The notes below the pieces were generated by a model. That model saw only the letters and a list, made by a program, of their open reading frames with translations. It was not told the origin of the DNA and did not search any database. Positions 1 through 8,855 of a stretch of 64,000 nucleotides of DNA are shown here, in pieces (positions within the stretch are counted from its first letter, which is position 1; each line of letters starts with the position of its first letter). Location of the stretch: the NCBI GenBank assembly GCA_965223295.1, contig CBDCWC010000002.1:832001-896000 (forward strand). The letters run 5' to 3'. Made by a program: the position numbers and the translations under genes. The stretch is from Nitrospirales bacterium. GTDB taxonomy: Bacteria > Nitrospirota > Nitrospiria > Nitrospirales > UBA8639.

Positions 1-278
1 AGGATCCCATCTCCCCCACATCCATGGGCAGGCTTAATGACAAATTCAGTATTCTCACCCAATAATTTTGGTAGCTCACGGATGTGTCTTTCGATTTCAA
101 TGGTGCCATAGAGAGGAGGCACGGCGACACTAGCCTTGATGCAGAGAGCTTTGGTTTGAGCTTTATCGTCAACAAGAGGAAAAAACCCACGTTGGTTGAA
201 ACCAAGAGTGTAGACGGCATTTCGCTCGTTCAACCCTAAAATTCCAAAATCAGCTAACTCCGTGAAATTTTTGAACAT
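1..278 (-). CDS. Alpha-L-glutamate ligase-like ATP-grasp protein (RimK-related), 5' part only; runs off window start
   Basis: Manual translation from ATG at 278: MFKNFTELADFGILGLNERNAVYTLGFNQRGFFPLVDDKAQTKALC...FVIKPAHGCGGDGIL. It starts just after the stop of the 7TM transglutaminase-like gene, the usual gene order for this family. Confidence 0.85.
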   Translation of the reverse strand, partial: MFKNFTELADFGILGLNERNAVYTLGFNQRGFFPLVDDKAQTKALCIKASVAVPPLYGTIEIERHIRELPKLLGENTEFVIKPAHGCGGDGI

Positions 279-279
279 A

Positions 280-1821
280 TCACCCAGGTTGTAAAACACT
301 CTTAAAACGTCGGACTTCAAGGAGACGATACCCAGTGTATCGACCAAGGACGATTGTCATAGCCAATACGACGAGAAGTAATTCGGGAAATGTAAAAAAT
401 AAGTAATCTATAGATTTGAGACTCATGATGAAATATGTCAAGGACGCCACAGCTAAACTCCCAAAAGCTTGCTGCAATGCTTCGCCTGCACCTCGTTCAT
501 CCCAGACAATGGACATACGTTCGATGGTCATGGTGACGATCACCATCGGGAATAGTGCAATGGAAAGCCCACGGACCAAGCCCAAATGATGGGAAAGAAT
601 ACTTAAAAATCCCATGATCAGCACTACCACAATAAGTACTGAAGCCAATCGAGGCACCAGGAGCAAATTGAGATTATCCAAATAGAAACGAACCCCCAGA
701 CCAAAGGCAATTAATAGGGAAAATAGGAGTATTCCCCAGAATAATTCAGTTTCCCTGAATGCCAATCCGATTAAAATCGGCATAAACGTTCCAAAAGTTT
801 TGAGTCCGACAATATTGCGTAATAGAACCAGAATAAACGCTCCAACTGGAATTAATATGAGGATGTGATACACCACCTGTTTTTCAATAGGGAGACTAAA
901 GAAAGAAAACTTCAACCAAGCTGGATTGAGAACCATGCCTCGCGCCACGGCCGCCTTTATGGCTTGCTCTTGATTCGGGCTGGCGGATAATCTGAATTCT
1001 AGTTGTGTCCCTCCCTCAATCTGAAAGAGTGGAGCATGCCCACGCCACCAAGGGAGATAATTTTCTGAAATGCCTTTCTTGCCTTGTTCGAGATCGTAGG
1101 CTACCCATTCTTCCTCAATCAATACCTCCAGCCATTCCTTGACATTGACGGTCTCGGCTTCATTACTCAGCTCGATTCCATGCACAACCCTGGAAGGAAC
1201 TCCATAAAGCGTCAAGAGCTGTGCCAATACTTGCTGGAGTGGCTGTTGAGAGAGGAGAAGTGATATCGGCGATTCTTCATCTGGGTCTTGAACTCTCGCA
1301 ATAAGACTTAGGATTAATGATTCCAGATCGGCTGATTCCTCTTTCACGTCCTCAAGAACTGTCATTCCTGCTCGAAGAAACGCGCCTTGTAGTGGAGGCA
1401 GGTCGCCCTGTAACGCCTCTTCCCTAGTAGTGGAAGGGCTGGATAATGCACGAAATTCCGTCTCCCATTCCTTCATTTGGCGGATAATTCCCCGGTAATA
1501 CAGGATTTGAATGCCTTCGGCCTTTCGAGTAGCCCAATGGACCACCCGGTTTGGTCCCTGAGTTTTTTCGGTAACTCCGTAATCTTGTCCGACAAAAGCT
1601 TCTGTCGTGATGATGTAAGGATGAATGGATTGAGGAGTAAACATTGAAATTTTCGCTGGTTCATCTTCTCCCTGGAAACTGATTCTGGCCTCCACATTCC
1701 AGACTTCAGATTTTGTATCAGGACTTAGTGGAAAACCCAACACGATTGCCTTGTAGAAAAAAATCGACAGACCCAACGCAGAAAGGAGGAGAATCAGCGA
1801 AAGGAAGTGAATACGATTCAC
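280..1821 (-). CDS. Inactive transglutaminase fused to 7TM domain (7TM_transglut family membrane protein)
   Basis: N-terminal TM, then GVPSRVVHGIEL...WLEV transglutaminase-like core, then C-terminal multi-TM block with LRNIVGLKTFGTFMPILI, LLLVPRL, LFPMVIVTMTIER and GRYTGYRLLE motifs. Confidence 0.88.
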   Translation of the reverse strand: MNRIHFLSLILLLSALGLSIFFYKAIVLGFPLSPDTKSEVWNVEARISFQGEDEPAKISMFTPQSIHPYIITTEAFVGQDYGVTEKTQGPNRVVHWATRKAEGIQILYYRGIIRQMKEWETEFRALSSPSTTREEALQGDLPPLQGAFLRAGMTVLEDVKEESADLESLILSLIARVQDPDEESPISLLLSQQPLQQVLAQLLTLYGVPSRVVHGIELSNEAETVNVKEWLEVLIEEEWVAYDLEQGKKGISENYLPWWRGHAPLFQIEGGTQLEFRLSASPNQEQAIKAAVARGMVLNPAWLKFSFFSLPIEKQVVYHILILIPVGAFILVLLRNIVGLKTFGTFMPILIGLAFRETELFWGILLFSLLIAFGLGVRFYLDNLNLLLVPRLASVLIVVVLIMGFLSILSHHLGLVRGLSIALFPMVIVTMTIERMSIVWDERGAGEALQQAFGSLAVASLTYFIMSLKSIDYLFFTFPELLLVVLAMTIVLGRYTGYRLLEVRRFKSVLQPG

Positions 1822-2411
1822 TTGTGAATTGTCTCAATCTTGCAGGATGTTTCCAAAATATGCTTCGAAGAGGGATCTACAACAAAGTGCTCTGATAAAA
1901 ACATGCGCCCAATAAGGACAGGATACTTGTAATTACTCCGATCACTAAGATTGACCTCAGTTTCTGCAAAATGATCTCCGAGGCAGATGCTCAATAACAC
2001 GACCGGTCGTTCTGAAGGTTTCTGTTTATGTCGTTTGATTTTGACTATTCGATGAACCTTGCGTTCGACTGTGACTGTTTTACTCTCGCTATCTGTGACA
2101 TCAAATTTGACCCAAGATTGGCCGTTACGAGAAAAAGATGAGATATTTTCGGCATGTATAGAAGAACTTTTTGCTCCAGTATCCAATTTAGCCTGAAAAC
2201 GTAGCCCACCTGGCGAGATCATGACTTCCTCTATCCAGCCAGCTTTTTTTGGCATATTCGAAGCTAGAAGGAATTCGACAGGTAAAAGCAGAGCCATCAC
2301 GACTATAAGCGCGATAACCGCAGCACGCAAACCATTAGTCTTGGTGCACGTTTCTTTCTCCAGGTCATGACAAGAGGACACTGTTGACAAATGATTTGTC
2401 AGAGGAAACAC
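1818..2411 (-). CDS. Retropepsin-like 'ATP-dependent zinc protease' family protein (RimK-associated), probably exported
   Basis: GWIE...AKLDTGAKSSSIHA...ERPVV...EVNLSDRSNYKYPVLIGRMFL motifs and a hydrophobic N-terminal segment; 4-nt overlap with the downstream gene. True start uncertain. Confidence 0.85.
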   Translation of the reverse strand: MFPLTNHLSTVSSCHDLEKETCTKTNGLRAAVIALIVVMALLLPVEFLLASNMPKKAGWIEEVMISPGGLRFQAKLDTGAKSSSIHAENISSFSRNGQSWVKFDVTDSESKTVTVERKVHRIVKIKRHKQKPSERPVVLLSICLGDHFAETEVNLSDRSNYKYPVLIGRMFLSEHFVVDPSSKHILETSCKIETIHK

Positions 2412-3002
2412 CTATTTAAGTTCTTCCTGAATTGATAGTGAAATAATTAAAAATTCCATGCATATAAATTATCTTGTTAGTCAACCACATCAACTAGGCT
2501 TCATGGCTATAAAACTATGATCACTATAGTATGGGGTTCTCATCTACGTATACACTTCTATCAAACTTCATTGGGCAGAGCCAGAGACAAAATTGATGAA
2601 CTTTTCTGAGTTTTGTCCAAAATTGGTTGCGAATAAGAAAGAGTCCAATCTTCCTCACCACCACTCAAATCAATTTATTTCTCTTTCCCTTCCCAAGCTC
2701 TAAGTTTTGAATGAGGTCTATCATGAAATAAAAGAATGCCTCGGTAGGATTAATTTCCATAAGATCGGAAGTACACTCCTGTGTGAAAAGTTATTGCGTT
2801 TGAAGCTTTGGTGAAAAACGCATCAAAACCGGCTTTATACTTTTAGTGGCTAAGGAAGTTAATTTTGTCCATTGGCGACAATCTACAGATATGATACGCA
2901 TTAGAAAAGACCTAAGGGGAATCATAGGGAAATCAATCTCTACGTCATGATGACAGATCAGAATTCTACAAAACTTAAATTCTCATTTTAGGGAGGCGTA
3001 CT

Positions 3003-3340
3003 ATGTACAAAGCATTTTAAGCATGTATCGCAATTGCATTCTTGGTAGGAACCGTCTCAGTAGGAGGTTCCGGGCAAGGTAAGAAGAGTGACAAGGAAGA
3101 AGCCAATGCTCTTGAAAAAATTCAACGAAGTGCTCCTTCAGGGAAGAAAGCTTTTCCAGGTGGAAGGATCGGTCCGATCAGGTGACGGAGATGGAAAAAG
3201 TAGCCCTTAACGACCCAAATTTAGCTGAGAAAAAAGGGGCAGCGGCACAAGATAGATTTGGAAAAGAGTCAAAAGGAAAGTATTTCAACTCAGAGTTCAT
3301 CCAGAAATCACACGAATTAGATATAGTTTTTCAAAGATAA
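3003..3340 (+). pseudogene. Decayed paralogue of the secreted protein at 15250..15597
   Basis: GGAGG RBS, ATG at 3003, TAA at codon 6, a signal-like stretch, then IQRSAPSGKKAFPGG and, after a frameshift, DRSDQVTEMEKV. These match IQRSAPSGEKSLPGG..NRSDQLTKMDEV in the intact copy. Confidence 0.7.
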
Positions 3341-3508
3341 AAGTCCATTACTTAATAATAATGAAAGCCTGGGCCTTATGAGTCTAGCTAGAAAAAATTG
3401 GCTGCAAATCAGTTCAGTCCCTCTGACTGCCGGTTGGTAGCCAACCTATTATTCTCAGCTTTTCACATCTCAGCACGTGGCTCAAAAATAGGAAGGAATG
3501 ATTCAGCG

Positions 3509-4189
3509 ATGTTGAGGGATTTCAATAAAATTAAAAATTGCGTGGTTCAAGGAACAGATGGCATCATTGGTACCGTAGCTGACGTGTATTTTAACGATCA
3601 AACCTGGGAAATTCGTTATCTCGCAGCAGACACCGCGAGTTGGTTAGACGGTCGGTACGTCCTCATTGCTAAGGAAAGCTTACTCACCCCCAAATGGCAA
3701 ACTGGCTCATTCCCAGCAACTGTGAGCCAAGGCCAAGTCAAAGATGGGCCACCGTTTGAAATTGGGCAACCCTTTTCCTGGAAAAAAGAGCGGGAAATCT
3801 GTGCGCATTATCGTTGGGCAACATACTATCCATTAGATGAAAATGAATTGTCCGTATTTCCAGGAATTTTAACCAGCGCCATTGGCCTGACCAATTTTTC
3901 ACTCAAGGCCTCTGACGGTGAAATTGGGAAAATCATCAATTTCATGGTAGATGATACCTCTTGGATCGTGCGCTATCTTGTCATCGATACATCCAAATGG
4001 TTGGCTGGTCGAAAGATTTTACTCAATCCGATGTGGGCCACGTCTATCCTGTGGGCAGATCACTTGGTAGAAATGGACCTGAGTAAAGATCAAATTCAAC
4101 AATCACCAGAATACGATCCGTTTGAACCAATCGAGCAGGTTTATGAAGATCGGCTATATACGCACTATGGAAAGCCACAATATTGGTAG
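3509..4189 (+). CDS. PRC-barrel domain protein (two PRC barrels)
   Basis: Two repeats (TDGIIGTVADVYFNDQTWEIRYL and SDGEIGKIINFMVDDTSWIVRYLVIDT) and a C-terminal YEDRLYTHYGKPQYW. Start moved to ATG 3509, downstream of a GGAAGGA RBS. Confidence 0.85.
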   Translation: MLRDFNKIKNCVVQGTDGIIGTVADVYFNDQTWEIRYLAADTASWLDGRYVLIAKESLLTPKWQTGSFPATVSQGQVKDGPPFEIGQPFSWKKEREICAHYRWATYYPLDENELSVFPGILTSAIGLTNFSLKASDGEIGKIINFMVDDTSWIVRYLVIDTSKWLAGRKILLNPMWATSILWADHLVEMDLSKDQIQQSPEYDPFEPIEQVYEDRLYTHYGKPQYW

Positions 4190-4475
4190 TGAAAGCGCCG
4201 CAACGTTTAACGGAACCGGCCACAATGCTCAAATCACAGGCCGAATTTCAGAATTCCTCATGAAAGAGTCAATATACTTCGGTGGGGTCGAAAATTGGCT
4301 AAGCTTGAGATCTGGGCTCAAACACGATCGGACATATATAGAAGAGTTTTTTAAAGTTGCGATTAAGTCGTCGATGAAAATTGAAAGGACTTGAGGTAAG
4401 GAATTTGAAGACAACCAAGAGAGGTTTTTGGCCTTGTTAGAGTTTTCCCCTCACAAACACTCGTTGGTATTGGAT

Positions 4476-4940
4476 TTAGGAGTCCGTGTCTGTCTGGGAT
4501 GAATCTGCCTTCCCTTTTAATATTGGCATGAACTGAAACGTCAAAAAATTCATCAAGCTCAACACGAGAGCAATTTCATAACGATCCCAAGCCACTGCCA
4601 TCCCGATGGCACCGGTGTTCCATATACTGGCTGCCGTCGCGGTTCCGGCAATGTTGGCTCCCTCTTTGAGAATAGCACCTCCCCCGATAAATCCAATGCC
4701 CGTCAAAATCCCATACATTACTCGTGCTTCAGCATCCGTGGAATCTAATACGTAGATCCCCGTCAACATATAGGCGCAAGAGCCAAGAGCGACTAAGGGA
4801 AAGGTCTGCAATCCAGCGCTTTGAGATCGACGCTCTCTATCCCACCCTAACGGAAAAGCCAGGACAAAGGCGATAACCAAGTGATACAAATGTTCCCAAA
4901 TTTGATGCCAATCAAGCCCAAGTAACAAATTTCCATTCAT
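4476..4940 (-). CDS. MgtC/SapB family membrane protein
   Basis: GWDRE...SAGLQTFPLV...ILTGIGFIGGGAILK...GTATAASIW...GMAV motifs. Confidence 0.9.
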   Translation of the reverse strand: MNGNLLLGLDWHQIWEHLYHLVIAFVLAFPLGWDRERRSQSAGLQTFPLVALGSCAYMLTGIYVLDSTDAEARVMYGILTGIGFIGGGAILKEGANIAGTATAASIWNTGAIGMAVAWDRYEIALVLSLMNFLTFQFMPILKGKADSSQTDTDS

Positions 4941-4974
4941 AGGATCACTCTAACAATCAATACATATACAAGAA

Positions 4975-5390
4975 CTATGAAGCATTCTGCCCTTTGGAAG
5001 ATAAATCCTCTTTATCAGCTTGTTCGTCGTGTTCTTGTTGTTGCGACACAAAAGTCTGTAGAGATTCTTTAAAGGTCAATGTGGGATAGGGGAAAGGGAT
5101 CTCGATATTGACTACATCCAGAGCTCACTTGACTACAGCCACAACCCTATTTTTAGACTTTCTGAGGTCAACGGGACGGAAGCCTGTTCACCATGTCACT
5201 TTACAATCAATGCTACTTTCTCCGAAATCCGTCACGAAAATTGAATATCCTTATTGTTGTGAAGCGGTTTTAGCCGATTAAGAGCTTGGGAGATCACTTC
5301 CCGCATCTCATTCCCATCTTCCCCGTGCACTACTCTACGCCTAGTCAGAGCACATCTGATTTTTTGATCTTTTCGTACTGTGACAATATT
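4975..5390 (-). pseudogene. 3' remnant of an MscS small-conductance mechanosensitive channel gene
   Basis: Manual translation with stops and a frameshift: VVHGEDGNEMREVISQAL...DFGESSIDCKVTW*TGFRPVDLRKSKNRVVAVVK*ALDVVNIEIPFPYPTLTFKE. FGESSID and IEIPFP are MscS C-terminal motifs. The 5' boundary is approximate. Confidence 0.7.
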
Positions 5391-5547
5391 TTAGGTAGAT
5401 GCTCCCAAATCAGTAATAAAATATGGTCCAAATCGAAGTGTCACCGAATACCAGAATAGTCGGTGACATATAAATGTGCACTATCTAATACTGAGATACA
5501 CCTATGATCGACCGATTTATAGAGCTAGCGTTTTGAGTCGAGGTGCA

Positions 5548-5712
5548 CTAGATCGAAGGGCGACGCCCCATCAACAGACTGACTACAAAAATAATGAGAA
5601 ACACGACAAAGAGAACCCATGCGATATTCGTGGCCGTACCAGCCACTCCTGTTAGTCCAACTGCACCCGCAATCAAGGCAATGATGAGAAATGTAATAGC
5701 CCAACTTAACAT
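5548..5712 (-). CDS. DUF1328 (UPF0391/YtjA-like) small membrane protein, 54 aa; not in ORF track
   Basis: [54 protein letters not shown], with an AAGGAGG RBS. Confidence 0.92.
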   Translation of the reverse strand: MLSWAITFLIIALIAGAVGLTGVAGTATNIAWVLFVVFLIIFVVSLLMGRRPSI

Positions 5713-6332
5713 TGTGCACCTCCTTTAATTACTGTCTTCATCTTCATTGTCCCTTAGACATTTGCAATGAACATGTCCAAGCTTTGTTAAGTACATATCA
5801 AGCAATCGTACTAAGGGCCAATAGACAAAAATGGAGAAAATAACAGTGTTATGTCTAGCTGAGAAGCGGCTTTACTCAAGTAGATATTTGTCATTTATTC
5901 ATAATCAATTTGTTACCGTAATTTAGAAGCAACATCAGACAGTTTGTCCTTCGAGCAAAAAGAACTCTTCTCGCGACCACCCGTTCCAGGCATAGGAATC
6001 AAACTCAGATCTATTCTTAAAGAAGAATGGAGCCTAAGAGAAAATCAACAAAAGATGGAGAAGGATTTGATACGCCCTAAAAGGCAGGCAAAAAGAGCAG
6101 AACGACAGGTTCAGATTAGTGCTTACACACCTATTATTTTAAAAGTTATGAGAGACAAGAATACGCCTACGATGCAAATAAGAGATCAGTCACCCCCGTT
6201 TTTACCACTAGAATATTTCGCACGAGTGAAGCAATGATTATTTCTGAATTATGAGAGTGTTCTGAATAAATAAAAATATCATCACAACATGAAAAACAAT
6301 TTTTATGCATTAAATACACTGCTACTCAGCGT

Positions 6333-6476
6333 CTACTCATCCGCTTGACAACCTGAGTGTCCACATTGACATTTTCCAGAGGAAGAATCTTCCGGACTCC
6401 TGCAATTTTCAGAGCAAAACTCCTTCCCTGGCTCAGCCTCACACGAACACGATGGATGAGCGCATTTCTTTGTCAT
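6333..6476 (-). CDS. Bacterial metallothionein-like peptide, 47 aa; not in ORF track
   Basis: MTKKCAHPSCSCEAEPGKEFCSENCRSPEDSSSGKCQCGHSGCQADE has 8 Cys and 2 His in a CAxxxCxC...FCSxxC...CxCGHxGC pattern; AAGGAG RBS. Confidence 0.82.
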   Translation of the reverse strand: MTKKCAHPSCSCEAEPGKEFCSENCRSPEDSSSGKCQCGHSGCQADE

Positions 6477-6499
6477 GGCAAATCTCCTTTGAGGTAATT

Positions 6500-6877
6500 T
6501 TAATTCTTTTCATTCGCGAGTTGATAGTCAACCACTTTGTTATGGATATCGACAATAATCTTTAAACGGTCGCCAGGCTTGGCACTATTCGCCTTATTTT
6601 CAAGTTTTTCTAATTCAAGGTAACGAGGGGAAATTTCTTTCGTATCACCTGAATTCACTTTAATCGTGTTCTCATTTACGGCTTCGACAATCCCATATAT
6701 AACCCTTTGGTCTGCAGGTAGATTGTCAGTGGCGTGCTGACCTTGTGACTCCATCGCTGACTTCTGCTTATGCCCTTCTCCACCTATGCATGCGGAAGTT
6801 AGGCCTAAGAGACTTAAACATACTGCACTTATTACCACAATTGTCTTGCGCATTGCCTTACTTTGATAAATCATCAT
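6500..6877 (-). CDS. Hypothetical exported/lipoprotein
   Basis: Signal peptide with a lipobox-like TSAC and a small beta-rich C-terminal domain. Likely start is MRKTIVV. Confidence 0.65.
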   Translation of the reverse strand: MMIYQSKAMRKTIVVISAVCLSLLGLTSACIGGEGHKQKSAMESQGQHATDNLPADQRVIYGIVEAVNENTIKVNSGDTKEISPRYLELEKLENKANSAKPGDRLKIIVDIHNKVVDYQLANEKN

Positions 6878-6995
6878 GCTCTCCTTTTTAATATGCGATT
6901 AATATTAAAGATTTTTTTCTTATCATTAACAAGCACAATTCCTGCCCACCTGTTTATTCAAACTTACTATTCATATATTATTTTCAAAATTGTCG

Positions 6996-7532
6996 CTATT
7001 TTCCTGTTTCTGCCGTTCGTGTTAAGAAATCTGCCAATTCCCCTGCATGCTTTTCAGTGTCCTGGAGAATATTCACAAGAATATGTCGTGTGACAGGATC
7101 TTTATCACCGGTTTTTCGAATCAGCCTTGTATACGATTCGATCTGATTGCGTTCCAACAGTAAATCCTGGGCAACCATATCCCTCAGTGTTGTTCCTTGC
7201 TCAGCACGGACACCAGCACGACCTGCCTTTTTTGCAATTTCGTCTAATTCATAAATGGGCACGCCGCCTAACTGCTGAATACGTTCAGCCAAGACATCAG
7301 CATGCTGCAGTTCCTCGTTGGCATGCCCTTCGAATTCGGCCTTCAATCCTGGAGATAACAGAGACACCGCCATGTAGGCGTGCTGCTTGTATTGCAAATA
7401 GCTGGTGATCTCTGTCGAACGTAACTTGTTTAATTCAGTAATGATTTGCTTGGGGTCAGTTTTATACTCGCCTGTGATAGCTCCAGATTTAATAGCCTTT
7501 TGAATTGCCGCTTGAGACTTCTTTTTCTTCAT
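6996..7532 (-). CDS. Ferritin-like (bacterioferritin/DpsL-type) protein
   Basis: E..S.LQY..H...EFEGHANEELQHADVLAERIQQLGGVP...DLLLER...DPVTR..LV.IL.DTEKH diiron-type motifs. Confidence 0.88.
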   Translation of the reverse strand: MKKKKSQAAIQKAIKSGAITGEYKTDPKQIITELNKLRSTEITSYLQYKQHAYMAVSLLSPGLKAEFEGHANEELQHADVLAERIQQLGGVPIYELDEIAKKAGRAGVRAEQGTTLRDMVAQDLLLERNQIESYTRLIRKTGDKDPVTRHILVNILQDTEKHAGELADFLTRTAETGK

Positions 7533-7594
7533 GTATTTCTCCTCAATTGGATGTTACAGGGTATTAGATTCTTTAGAATCGCCTTACTTCTGAC

Positions 7595-7783
7595 TCACAC
7601 TGTAAGTGTTTCTATCGCTGTCCCGGTGGGTAGAGTCTTGGAACGTTTGAGCAAAAGATAAGATCCAAGCGGAATCACACATACCGCCTCCCATCCTTTC
7701 TCGCCAAGCAGAAGAAGTGCAGCTTCAATCTGAGCGGCATCACCCGATTTCACCTCATGGCAACAATATTCCCATGCAATCAT
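7595..7783 (-). CDS. Small DUF4177-like protein
   Basis: WEY...L..LGEKGWEAVCV......LLKR pattern; GGAG RBS upstream. Confidence 0.6.
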   Translation of the reverse strand: MIAWEYCCHEVKSGDAAQIEAALLLLGEKGWEAVCVIPLGSYLLLKRSKTLPTGTAIETLTV

Positions 7784-7886
7784 TAGATTCGACTCCCGAA
7801 ATATTCATAAGACAACACATTGCACACGACTCAGTTTCGTAAATGCAGCACACGTCTTTTGTCCGGTCTATTCAACATAATATGCG

Positions 7887-8816
7887 TCAACTCAACCATT
7901 CTGTCACTGAATTCCACCAGCCCTCAATTTGTTCTTTTAAGCTGTTGGAATCCTTATTTTTTTCTTGCTTAGACTCAATTGTGCTGGCCAGCTCCTGAAT
8001 TTCTCCCCGCACGACTTTTACTTTCTCTCCTCGTGATTCCCCGACATTCTTTTCATACTCCTCCAAGGCCTCTGATGCTTCCTCGAGCGCGGCACGCGCC
8101 TCTTTCAGTTCATTATGGGCAGCCATCCCTTGAGCAAGCAGTAAATTTCTCCGTGCTTCCTCTAACGGAAGATCTATTTCAGCATAGTTGAGTACAACAC
8201 CCGTCTGAATAGCAGCAAGCACCTCATTAGCTTTCTCTACCTGATCAGCATTCAAAGCTTTTTTTGCGTGTTCCAACCCGAGCTTTGCTAAAGCAATGTT
8301 CAACTCGGCACGCGTATATCGCAATCGAACATCTTGTATGACCGGAACAGTTGATTCGACTTTCTTCGCTTGTTCTCTTTTCGCCACAAGCACCGCCCCG
8401 AGGGCAGAGACTTCATCCAACTCTTCATACACCGGCACAAACAACTGTCGATGCTTTCGAACATCTTCGTATGTGAGACCTCCAGACTTTATTATTGCTT
8501 TCACCTCATAATCCGGTGAGCTCTCCTCAATAATGCGAACCAGGATTGATCCCTTCTCGATGTGAGACACTGCCTTTTCCTTGTTATTGTTCTTAATAGC
8601 TTTTCGTGCATCATCTACGTGAAGAAGTATGCGACCTGCCGCACGAGACAGACTGGCATTTTCCGATGCCGTCAACTCCTGCTTAGGCTCGACCGTGACC
8701 TTGGATTCAATGCGTGGCTTTGCGGCCAGCACCTGGGAGGCGAACAATCCCGCTATTAAACAAACCAATATTGATGAGAACACTGAGTTTTTAAATCTTG
8801 GACAACAATACTTCAT
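7887..8816 (-). CDS. YfdX family exported protein
   Basis: Signal peptide and helical repeats (HVDDARKAI, DLPLEEARRNLLLAQ...EARAALEEASEALEEY). Start placed at ATG 8816 after an AAGGAG RBS. Confidence 0.75.
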   Translation of the reverse strand: MKYCCPRFKNSVFSSILVCLIAGLFASQVLAAKPRIESKVTVEPKQELTASENASLSRAAGRILLHVDDARKAIKNNNKEKAVSHIEKGSILVRIIEESSPDYEVKAIIKSGGLTYEDVRKHRQLFVPVYEELDEVSALGAVLVAKREQAKKVESTVPVIQDVRLRYTRAELNIALAKLGLEHAKKALNADQVEKANEVLAAIQTGVVLNYAEIDLPLEEARRNLLLAQGMAAHNELKEARAALEEASEALEEYEKNVGESRGEKVKVVRGEIQELASTIESKQEKNKDSNSLKEQIEGWWNSVTEWLS

Positions 8817-8855
8817 AATTTTCTCCTTCATTACTGATTGTCATTCACAATTGTT

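Noticed and set aside
5400-5409. TGCTCCCAAA as the missing 3' half of tRNA-Pro
   Set aside because: Only 10 nt match; no GCAGG stem completion, T-arm or acceptor strand.
5525-5719. 64-aa Cys/His-rich ORF from the track
   Set aside because: An alternative frame of the DUF1328 gene, which has the RBS and a clear family match.
5944-6237. 97-aa + strand ORF
   Set aside because: TTG start without a clear RBS, AT-rich, and no family resemblance.
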